Positions 56,431-64,000 of a stretch of 64,000 bases of DNA are shown here, piece by piece; position 1 is the stretch's first letter; each line of letters begins with the position of its first letter. Source of the DNA: an uncultured Acidobacteriota bacterium (lineage in GTDB: Bacteria > Acidobacteriota > Thermoanaerobaculia > Gp7-AA8). The translations under genes were made by a program, and so were the position numbers. The notes under the pieces are model-generated. The model saw nothing but the letters and a program-made list of their open reading frames with translations, was not told the origin of the DNA and made no database searches. The DNA lies in contig CAWGHO010000002.1 of the NCBI GenBank assembly GCA_963822445.1, forward strand, positions 448,001 to 512,000, written 5' to 3'.

Positions 56431-57543
56431 ATGGCCCTCTCCGACATCGAGCTGCTTCAGCGCCTCGTAGCGATCGACTCGACCAGCGCGATCAGCAATC
56501 TGCCCATCGCCGCCGAGCTGGCGAATTACGTCGAGGGCGCCGCGCAATCGATCGAGTACGTGCGCTCTCCGGACGAGGAGAAAGCGAATCTGCTGATCCG
56601 CTTCGGTCCGGAAGGCGACGGCGGTCTGATTCTCTCCGGACACATGGACGCGGTTCCCGCGGTCGAGCCGGACTGGGAGAGCGATCCCTTCACGCTGACC
56701 GAGCGGGAGGATCGCTACGTCGGACGGGGCGCCGCGGACATGAAGGGATTTCTCGCCGTCGCCACGAACGCGGCGGTGGCCGCGGAGTCCCTGCGCGCGC
56801 CGCTCTACCTTCTCTTCACGTACGACGAAGAAGTGGGCACCCTCGGCGCGCGGCATTTCGCCAAGACCTGGGATCGCGAGCGGCCCCTGCCGCGCCACTG
56901 CATCATCGGCGAGCCGACGTCGTTCCGCCCGGTCCGCGCGCACAAGGGACATCTGAAGCTGCGTATCACCACCACCGGCAAGTCCGCGCACAGCGGCTAC
57001 CCGCACCTCGGCGAAAACGCGATCGAAAAAGCGCGGCCGGTGCTCGACGCGCTTTCGAAGCTGCGGCGCGAGCTCGAAGCGGACCGCACCCGGCACGCCG
57101 AGCTCTTCGCCGACGCGCCGTACGTGCCTTTGAATATCGCGACGATTCATGGCGGCACGGCGGTGAACATCGTTCCCGACTCGTGCGCGATCGAAGTGGG
57201 GATCCGGTTGCTGCCGGGCATGACCGGCGAGGCGATGATCGAGCGTGTGCGCGCCGTGATCGGTAATGCAACGCTCGAAATCCTCAGCGAAAGCCCGCCG
57301 ATGCTTCTCGATGCGACCTCCGACATCTACCAGGCAGTTCTGCCGTACGCGACGCGCGGCCGCCCCGAGTCGGTCTCCTTCGCCAGCGACGCCGGCTGGC
57401 TCCAATCCCTCGGCATCGAATGCCTGCTCTTCGGACCGGGCGCGATCGAAGTAGCGCACCGCCCCGACGAGTTCACGCCGAAAGAGGAGTTCCATCGCGC
57501 CGGCGGTATCCTGCGCGAGCTGATCGCGAGGTTCTGCGCGTGA
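56431..57543 (+). CDS. argE: M20 acetylornithine deacetylase-like enzyme
   Basis: LSGHMDAVP, GRGAADMKG, YDEEVG, IGEPT, AHRPDEF. Confidence 0.88.
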   Translation: MALSDIELLQRLVAIDSTSAISNLPIAAELANYVEGAAQSIEYVRSPDEEKANLLIRFGPEGDGGLILSGHMDAVPAVEPDWESDPFTLTEREDRYVGRGAADMKGFLAVATNAAVAAESLRAPLYLLFTYDEEVGTLGARHFAKTWDRERPLPRHCIIGEPTSFRPVRAHKGHLKLRITTTGKSAHSGYPHLGENAIEKARPVLDALSKLRRELEADRTRHAELFADAPYVPLNIATIHGGTAVNIVPDSCAIEVGIRLLPGMTGEAMIERVRAVIGNATLEILSESPPMLLDATSDIYQAVLPYATRGRPESVSFASDAGWLQSLGIECLLFGPGAIEVAHRPDEFTPKEEFHRAGGILRELIARFCA

Positions 57544-57556
57544 CGCGGCAGGTCAT

Positions 57557-57658
57557 CGTAGGGCGGGCGTCCCGCCCGCACCGATCGGGCGGCCCGCCCG
57601 ATCGTATGAGCGCCGGGCGAGCCGCCCGCCGCGAGGCGGGCGAGACGCCCGCCGTACG
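57557..57658. repeat. GTAG-type REP doublet flanked by a 35-bp direct duplication
   Basis: CGTAGGGCGGGCGTCCCGCCCGC...GCGGGCGAGACGCCCGCCGTACG; direct repeats at 57524-57558 and 57661-57695. Confidence 0.85.
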
Positions 57659-57676
57659 CTTCGCGAGGTTCTGCGC

Positions 57677-58924
57677 GTGACGAGGCAGGTCATCGAAGCC
57701 GATCTCACCTGGACCGGCGGCGCGCTGACGCCCGGCGTGCAGGTGATGGTCGATCACGGCCGCATCGAAGTCGTCGGTGCCCTCGGATTCGACGCAACCC
57801 GGCGCATGAAAGGCCAGGCCCTCCTCCCCGGCTTCGTCAGCGCGCACTCGCACGCGTTCCAGCGCGCCTTGCGCGGACAGGGCGAGACCTTCCCCGCCGG
57901 CTCGGGCTCGTTCTGGAGCTGGCGCGAAGCGATGTATGAGCTCGTGGCCCAACTCGACGAGAACGCGTTTCACGACGCCGTTCGCGCGACGTTCGAAGAA
58001 ATGCGCGGCGCGGGCATCACCACCGTCGGCGAGTTTCACTACCTGCATCACTCCCCCGCCGGCGCCGACTACGCCTTCGATGAGCTCGTGCTGAACGCCG
58101 CGCACGAGGCCGGCATCCGCATCACATTACTCCTGACCTACTACAAGACTGGCGCAATCGGTCAGCCGCTCTCACCGGCGCAAAAGCGATTCGAAACGCG
58201 CAACCTCGAAGAGTTTTTCAAGCAGGTCGATGCGCTGAAACCCGATCCGCACACGCAGACGATCGGCATCGCCGCCCACAGCATCCGCGGCGTGCCGCTC
58301 GAAGACCTCGAGCCGCTGTACGTCGAAGCGAGACGGCGCGGCATGCCGGTGCACATGCACGTCGAAGAGCAGCGCAAAGAAATCGAGGACTGCATCGCCG
58401 CATACGGCCGCACGCCGATGCAGCTTCTCAACGAGCGCCTGCCGAGCTGCGAAGGGTTGACCGCGGTTCACGCGACGCACAGCGATCCCGCGGAGCTGCA
58501 ACGCTTCCTCGACCGCGGCGGCAGCGTCTGCATCACTCCCCTCACCGAAGCAAACCTCGGCGACGGCATCCCCGACGTCACCCCGCTCCTCGCCCACCCC
58601 GACCGCCTCTCCCTCGGCACCGACTCGAACGCGCGGATCTCCTTCCTCGAAGAAATGCGCTGGCTCGAGTACGCGCAGCGGCTGAAGAGCGAGAGCCGCG
58701 GTGTTTATCGCGATGAAGAGGGCCGCAACGCGCCGCGGCTCCTGCAGTTCGCGACCGCCGGCGGCGCGAGATCGCTCGGCATCGACGCGGGTCGCATCGA
58801 AGCCGGCGCGTGCGCGGACTTCATCGCCGTCGACGTCGCCGATCTCGAAACGCTGATCTTCGGCCGCGGCGATGACGCCATCCGCGCTACCTGCGTCGCG
58901 GGGCAGTGGCGGGATCGGGAATGA
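57677..58924 (+). CDS. hutF: Formimidoylglutamate deiminase-like amidohydrolase
   Basis: HSHAFQRALRG, FWSWREAMY, GEFHYLHH, TEANLGDG, LGTDSN. Confidence 0.88.
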   Translation: MTRQVIEADLTWTGGALTPGVQVMVDHGRIEVVGALGFDATRRMKGQALLPGFVSAHSHAFQRALRGQGETFPAGSGSFWSWREAMYELVAQLDENAFHDAVRATFEEMRGAGITTVGEFHYLHHSPAGADYAFDELVLNAAHEAGIRITLLLTYYKTGAIGQPLSPAQKRFETRNLEEFFKQVDALKPDPHTQTIGIAAHSIRGVPLEDLEPLYVEARRRGMPVHMHVEEQRKEIEDCIAAYGRTPMQLLNERLPSCEGLTAVHATHSDPAELQRFLDRGGSVCITPLTEANLGDGIPDVTPLLAHPDRLSLGTDSNARISFLEEMRWLEYAQRLKSESRGVYRDEEGRNAPRLLQFATAGGARSLGIDAGRIEAGACADFIAVDVADLETLIFGRGDDAIRATCVAGQWRDRE

Positions 58925-59933
58925 CCACCGTCACGCCGCCGAATCCACCGCCCGGGCGGCGCCGCACCGCGTAACGCGCGTCGTGAATCTCCACGCGAAT
59001 GCCGCGCGGATCGGGAAAGGTCTCGTACCAGGGAAACCGCGCCCAGGTGAGGAAACCGCGGACCGACGGCTCATCGCGCGCCGCCGCCCATTCCGGCGTT
59101 TCCCTCGCCACCGGAATGCGATGGTCGTTCAAACGAAGCGTGCGATCGAGCCAGGTGAAGCGGCCGTAGCGATACGCATCGCCCACTTCCGCGACGACGT
59201 CCCATCGCAGCGGATCGATCGGATGCGGCGCGGCCATCACCCGCTCGACGCCGGGCAACGTCCGCCGGACCTCCATCGCCGTGGCCGCGTGAATCGTCAA
59301 GCGCGCGCCGATGTAGATCGACGCGACGATCAGCGCCGTCGTCGCGAAGGAACGCTTCGCTCGCCACAGCAGCGCGGCGAGAAGAATCAGCGCGACGACC
59401 GCGACGACGATCAGGTATTGCAGATTTCGCCGCGCAACGACCCAGGAGATCGCCGCGGTGAAGAAGATCCATCCGCCGATGAGCCACGGCGTGGGACGAC
59501 GGCCGGCCAGCCATCCGCTTCCGAGGACCAGCCAGAGGAAGGGATCCATGATGTAGACCGAGTCGCCGTAGAACCACGTCCCGCGAAACGGCATCAGCCA
59601 GCGCATGCCGTAGTTGTTCAGCCAGTCCAGCGTCGGGTGGGTGAGGATGGCGATAAAAGAGAGGCCGAGGAGCCAGCGGAAATCGGCGCGGCGGTCGATG
59701 AGCTTCAGAGTCGCCGCCTGGATGAATGGCAGCAGCACGATCGCGAGCACGCCGTGCGTCCAGCCGCGGCGGAATTCGAGCGCGAAGTCCTGATGGCCGG
59801 TGAAGTAGAGGATCGCGTCGACATCCGGAAGATTCGCGCCGATCACCAGCGCCGCCGCGGCCAGCCGCGTTTTCTCACCGAGGGGCGTGGAGGCGAGGTT
59901 TGCGCCGATGAGAGTGTGGGTCAGCGGATCCAT
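58887..59933 (-). CDS. YdjM-like membrane metal-dependent hydrolase
   Basis: MDPLTH, NLPDVD, RGWTHG, HPTLDWLNNYG. Confidence 0.88.
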   Translation of the reverse strand: MDPLTHTLIGANLASTPLGEKTRLAAAALVIGANLPDVDAILYFTGHQDFALEFRRGWTHGVLAIVLLPFIQAATLKLIDRRADFRWLLGLSFIAILTHPTLDWLNNYGMRWLMPFRGTWFYGDSVYIMDPFLWLVLGSGWLAGRRPTPWLIGGWIFFTAAISWVVARRNLQYLIVVAVVALILLAALLWRAKRSFATTALIVASIYIGARLTIHAATAMEVRRTLPGVERVMAAPHPIDPLRWDVVAEVGDAYRYGRFTWLDRTLRLNDHRIPVARETPEWAAARDEPSVRGFLTWARFPWYETFPDPRGIRVEIHDARYAVRRRPGGGFGGVTVVIPDPATAPRRR

Positions 59934-60958
59934 CAGAGGAACAGATCGGCGATGGCCAGCGCGATCGGCTGCGGTGTCGGGTCGTTTCGATTGGTCAGAA
60001 CGATGACCGTCAGCCGGCGATCGGGAAAGCGCACGAGCGCGTTGCGAAAGCCGCGCGTCTCACCGGTATGCGAGACCATCCGCTCGCCGCGATGGCTGCT
60101 GATCCGCCAGCCGAAGCCGTAATCGACGCCGTTGGTGCCTGTCGGCGTGCGCGGAATGAACGCGGTCGCGAATCGCTGGTCGTACAGCGCCGCGTCCCAC
60201 TTCGCGAGGTCATCGATGGAGGAGTAAATGCCGCCGTCGCCGAGGACCGCGCTGGTCGTGCTCTGGTCGGTGCGTTTCCACGCGCCATTCTCAAACGAAT
60301 GGCCGTACGCGCGATGGGCGACGGTGGAGATCCCGTCCTCGAACGCCACGGTGTCGCGCATGCCCAGCGGCTCGAAGATGCGCTCGCGCAGGAAGGTCGC
60401 GAAGGTCTGTCCCGACGCGCGCTCGACGATGAGCGCGAGCAGGGAGTAGCCGCTGTTGCTGTACTGATACTTCGTTCCCGGCGCGAAGTAGGAGCGGTCC
60501 TGCGACTCGAGCAGCCGCAGCACATCGGCATCTTTCAATTGCGCGGTCTGCCCCTCGGGCATCACGTCTTCGTAGTCGATCACTCCCGAGGTGTGGGTAA
60601 GGAGCTGCTGGACGGTGATCGCATCCGCCGACGCCGGGAGCGACGGCAGCCATTTCCGCAGGGGATCGTCGAGCGTCATCCTGCCTTCATCGATCAGCGC
60701 AAGAATCGCCGCCGCGGTGAACTGCTTGGTGATCGAAGCAAGCCGGTAATTGGTGGCCTGCGTCGCACGAACCTTCGCGTCGAGATCGGCGAATCCATAC
60801 GCGTTGCGAACGATCGCCTGCCCGTCGCGGATGACCAGCACGGATGCGCCGGGAACGTCCCCGTCGTACGCGCGCATCAGAGTATCGACGTCGTTCGTCA
60901 GATCACGACCTCCGCTTGCGCAGCCGGCGAGAACGAGGAGCACGATGAGCATGCGCAT
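59933..60958 (-). CDS. Beta-lactamase-family serine hydrolase lipoprotein
   Basis: Lipobox LAGC; SITK, LLTHTSG, YSN, HTG. Confidence 0.92.
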   Translation of the reverse strand: MRMLIVLLVLAGCASGGRDLTNDVDTLMRAYDGDVPGASVLVIRDGQAIVRNAYGFADLDAKVRATQATNYRLASITKQFTAAAILALIDEGRMTLDDPLRKWLPSLPASADAITVQQLLTHTSGVIDYEDVMPEGQTAQLKDADVLRLLESQDRSYFAPGTKYQYSNSGYSLLALIVERASGQTFATFLRERIFEPLGMRDTVAFEDGISTVAHRAYGHSFENGAWKRTDQSTTSAVLGDGGIYSSIDDLAKWDAALYDQRFATAFIPRTPTGTNGVDYGFGWRISSHRGERMVSHTGETRGFRNALVRFPDRRLTVIVLTNRNDPTPQPIALAIADLFL

Positions 60959-60986
60959 GCGCGCGGGATTGTACGAGCTGTGTCGT

Positions 60987-61149
60987 TGGCACCGGCGACC
61001 GGGAGCGCCTCCCGGCGGGGCGGCCACGGGCCGCAGCGCTGGTTGTGCCTTCTGCCGAGATAGCGGTAGCTAGCGCGGATCGCGTTCACGCCAACATCAG
61101 CGCTGCGGCCCGTGGCCGCCCGCCGGAGGCCTCTCGGGCGCCGTTGCCA
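60987..61149. repeat. MITE/REPIN-like palindromic element, copy 2 (inverted relative to 21226-21378)
   Basis: Core matches the reverse complement of copy 1. Confidence 0.85.
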
Positions 61150-61150
61150 C

Positions 61151-61531
61151 CTACCGACTCTCGTTCAGCAGCAGTACCAACTCCTGCGTGCGCATGTCCG
61201 CGACGGCGCCGCCGGCCACGCGCCATTCGCCCTCGTGCTGTTCGACCAGCATCAACCGATCGAGATCGCCGCGGGAAAGGCCGTAGTCCTTCGCGAAAGT
61301 CGCCCATTCCGCGGGCACGTTCGCCTCGATCTCCGCTTCCGCGAAAAGAGGCTCGCCGGCGCAGTTGAAGTGATCGCAGCCGAACTGCTCCGAGCATTCC
61401 GGGCAGGGCGGCGGATCGTTGAAATCCTGCAGCTCGCTCTCCGTCAGCACGCGGGCCACGCCGCCGCGCTTTTCGCGAACGTAATGCAGGCCGCTTTCAC
61501 TGCGGGAGAGATGGTCGAAGCGATCCGTCAT
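61151..61531 (-). CDS. Hypothetical protein with Cys cluster
   Basis: CPECSEQFGCDHFNC; fits the gap between neighbours. Confidence 0.7.
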   Translation of the reverse strand: MTDRFDHLSRSESGLHYVREKRGGVARVLTESELQDFNDPPPCPECSEQFGCDHFNCAGEPLFAEAEIEANVPAEWATFAKDYGLSRGDLDRLMLVEQHEGEWRVAGGAVADMRTQELVLLLNESR

Positions 61532-61550
61532 GCCGCGAATCGTAAACCGC

Positions 61551-61574
61551 GGCCTGGGCCTCGCGGCCCAGGCC
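61551..61574. terminator. Hairpin after the collagen-like gene
   Basis: GGCCTGGGCC-TCGC-GGCCCAGGCC. Confidence 0.55.
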
Positions 61575-61588
61575 TTTGTGCACTTTCG

Positions 61589-62272
61589 CTAACGCGGCAG
61601 GAGTGAGCAGGGCACGGGGTGGAATCCGCTGAAGGTCATGTTCGTCCCGACCGCGGTCGGCTGATCGGAGACGATCCGGATCGTGGCCGGCACGTTGCCG
61701 CCGGCGGAAGGATCGCCCTGGGCCGAAGTCCAGTAGAGAACGTACGTGTTCGAAGCTAGCAGGGGAATGGTCGACGCGCCGCTCTGGCCCGGATACGTCG
61801 GCGCCGGATCGCCGGGATTGACCGGCGAGGCGCCCGGAACGGTGACGCCAGCCAGGTTCACGCCGTCCTTGTTGAGGAAGTGCACGGCGATGTTCGCGGT
61901 CAGCGCGCTGCCGTTGAAGACGTACAGCTCACTGTGGGTGGCGCTGCCGGAGTAATAGTTGCCCGGTGTGCAGACCCAGACGTACGGAGGGCCGCTCGCG
62001 GCATCTTCGCCGGCGGGTCCGGCAGGACCGACAGGCCCAACGGGTCCGGCAGGGCCAGCGGGGCCGATCGGTCCAGCGGGGCCTACGGGACCAACCTCAT
62101 TCCAGACAACGCGCGTCTCATTCCCGTTGCAAGCCACATCTGGCGCAACGAGCCGCATTCCGCCATTGCCCTTATTGATGCACGCTTCGAGAACGTCCGC
62201 CGACAGCGGAACAACCGGCATCAACAACAGGGCCAGGGCGAGAGCAACACCACGAACCGGGGCGATTCTCAT
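61589..62272 (-). CDS. Exported collagen-like protein
   Basis: GGAG RBS, signal peptide, about 10 G-X-Y triplets (GPVGPAGPIGPA...). Confidence 0.85.
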   Translation of the reverse strand: MRIAPVRGVALALALLLMPVVPLSADVLEACINKGNGGMRLVAPDVACNGNETRVVWNEVGPVGPAGPIGPAGPAGPVGPVGPAGPAGEDAASGPPYVWVCTPGNYYSGSATHSELYVFNGSALTANIAVHFLNKDGVNLAGVTVPGASPVNPGDPAPTYPGQSGASTIPLLASNTYVLYWTSAQGDPSAGGNVPATIRIVSDQPTAVGTNMTFSGFHPVPCSLLPR

Positions 62273-62321
62273 GGATCTCTCCTTCTTCGATTTGGGTGGA
62301 GGCAAAGTACCATTCGCCGCC

Positions 62322-63152
62322 ATGACCACGCGTGCGATCCAGATCACACCCGACATCGCTTTCGGCGGCGACAACCCGCCGCTGTTCATCGCCGGCCCGT
62401 GCGTCATCGAGTCGCTCGATCACGTCCTGAAGATGGCCCGCACCCTCGCCAAACTGCGCGATGAGCTGAAGATCAACCTCGTCTTCAAGTCGTCCTTCGA
62501 CAAAGCCAATCGCACCTCCGTGGAATCTTTTCGCGGCCCGGGCGTCGAAGAAGGGATGAAGATCCTCCGCGCGGTGAAGGAAGAGACCGGGCTGGCGCTG
62601 CTGTCCGACGTGCACGAGCCCTGGCAGACCGAGCCCGCCGCGGAAGTCCTGGACATCCTCCAGATCCCGGCGTTCCTCTGCCGCCAGACCGATCTCGTCG
62701 CCGCCGCGGCGCGCACGGGGAAAGCGGTCGGCGTGAAGAAGGGGCAGTTCCTGTCGCCCGAGGAGACGCAGAACATTTTGCAGAAAGGGGCGGAGGTCGG
62801 GAACGACAAGATCTTCATCACCGAGCGGGGAAGCTCGTTCGGTTATCAGAATCTCGTCGTCGACATGCGCTCCTTCCCGATCGTTCGCGGCTTCGGCGCG
62901 CCGGTCGTGTACGACATCACCCATTCCATGCAGAAGCCGGGCGGTGAAGGAAAGCAGACCGGCGGAACGCCGCAGTTCGCGCGACCGCTCGCCCGCGCCG
63001 CCGCGGCCGCGGGTGCGGATGGGTTCTTCATGGAAGTGCATGACAACCCGCCCGCCGCGCTGTCCGATCGCACCACGCAGATCCGCCCGGAAGCGGCGCG
63101 GGAGATCATCGAGGATGTGTTGAAGATCAGGGAGGCGTTGCCTTCGATATGA
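62322..63152 (+). CDS. kdsA: KDO-8-phosphate synthase
   Basis: IAGPCVIES, KSSFDKANRTS, QIPAFLCRQTDL, KKGQFL, ERGSSFGY. Confidence 0.97.
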   Translation: MTTRAIQITPDIAFGGDNPPLFIAGPCVIESLDHVLKMARTLAKLRDELKINLVFKSSFDKANRTSVESFRGPGVEEGMKILRAVKEETGLALLSDVHEPWQTEPAAEVLDILQIPAFLCRQTDLVAAAARTGKAVGVKKGQFLSPEETQNILQKGAEVGNDKIFITERGSSFGYQNLVVDMRSFPIVRGFGAPVVYDITHSMQKPGGEGKQTGGTPQFARPLARAAAAAGADGFFMEVHDNPPAALSDRTTQIRPEAAREIIEDVLKIREALPSI

Positions 63153-63247
63153 GTTGCGGGGTTTCGAGGTTACGGGGGTTCGGGGTGATGCGAGAACTCA
63201 GCGACCGGCAACCTCGTAACCCCGTAACCCCGTAACCCCGCAACCCC
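63152..63247. repeat. Inverted pair of 8-bp tandem-repeat tracts
   Basis: About 4 units of GTTNCGRG, a spacer, then about 5 units of YAACCYCG. Confidence 0.75.
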
Positions 63248-63248
63248 C

Positions 63249-64000
63249 ATGACAAAGCTCCGCCTCCTCCTCGCCATCCTCCTCGCCCTCTTCGGCATCC
63301 TCACCTATCTCGAGCGGTTCGTTCTCGTCGAGCTCCTCCTGCGCCGCGCGGCGGTGCCGATGCTTCTCGCGGTCGCCGTGGGACTGGCTGTCATCGCCGC
63401 CGGAGCGCTTGCGCGGCGATCGCGGCGCGTCGATGTTCCGGTCGACTTCCTCATCGGCTATCCGCTATTCGGCGCGCTCTGTTTTCTCGTGGCGCTGTTC
63501 AGGATCTCCGTCTGGACCATGGTGCCACTGCTCGTCCTTGGGGGTCTGGCCGGCATCGCGCTGTTGTTGATGGCTTACGCCGACGACACGAAGGTGCCGC
63601 GCGAGCCGCTGCCGATGCATCGCACGGCCTTCGCGGCGGTGATCACCGTCCTCGCCTGCGGCTTCATCGTCGCGCAGGCACCGCCGGCGTCGCTCGATGA
63701 AGTCGCGTATCACCTCGCCGTCCCGCAGACGTGGGTCCTGGAAGGGCGCGCCATCGAGCTGCCGCTGAGCTCGCACTCTTACTTTCCGCTGGGCATCGAG
63801 TCCGCCGACCTGCCCTTCCTCACACTCCTCGGACCATCGAGCGGCGGCATCGCCTCGCATTTCCTGCATCTCTTCGCGGCGATCGCCACTACCTTGCTGA
63901 TCGCGCGACGAACGCAGTCGTGGCTCGCGACCGCGGCGATCGTCACGACACCGGCCCTGGCCGTCACCGCGGGATGGTCGCTCGTGGACTGGCCGCTGCT
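63249..64000 (+). CDS. Partial polytopic membrane protein, GT-C glycosyltransferase-like
   Basis: Open frame from ATG 63249 to the window end; many TMs; SLDEVAYHLAVP...SYFP. Confidence 0.7.
   Translation, partial: MTKLRLLLAILLALFGILTYLERFVLVELLLRRAAVPMLLAVAVGLAVIAAGALARRSRRVDVPVDFLIGYPLFGALCFLVALFRISVWTMVPLLVLGGLAGIALLLMAYADDTKVPREPLPMHRTAFAAVITVLACGFIVAQAPPASLDEVAYHLAVPQTWVLEGRAIELPLSSHSYFPLGIESADLPFLTLLGPSSGGIASHFLHLFAAIATTLLIARRTQSWLATAAIVTTPALAVTAGWSLVDWPL

Overview
GC-rich bacterial chromosomal segment. Gene content and style suggest Acidobacteriota, probably Thermoanaerobaculia (inference). The left end carries an exported clan-CD protease/signalling cluster: a partial TPR protein, a signal-peptide caspase, an unknown 354-aa protein, a TPR-CHAT protease, and a divergent ECF sigma with a membrane anti-sigma-like partner. 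Housekeeping and envelope genes include ppc, rtcA, alkA, mpaA, two racemases, an aminotransferase, TerC, rsmI, pgsA, tRNA-Leu(CAG), argE/hutF-like genes and kdsA. An nrfHA respiratory/stress island (34.3-42.2 kb) is bracketed by two integrase-less integron-like cassette clusters (about 31.0-33.9 kb and 42.2-46.8 kb). These are built on an unusually long 198-bp attC-like repeat, have attI-like starts, and show 9-bp complementary cassette ends. Cargo is mostly unknown membrane proteins, a decayed hicAB and an uncharacterised two-gene toxin/immunity-like pair. Several families of palindromic REP/MITE-like elements occur, one flanked by a 35-bp duplication that preserves an overlapping gene junction. 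A 58-bp micro-inversion and three single-base frameshifts are also visible. All calls come from reading the sequence and recognising motifs; no database searches were run.
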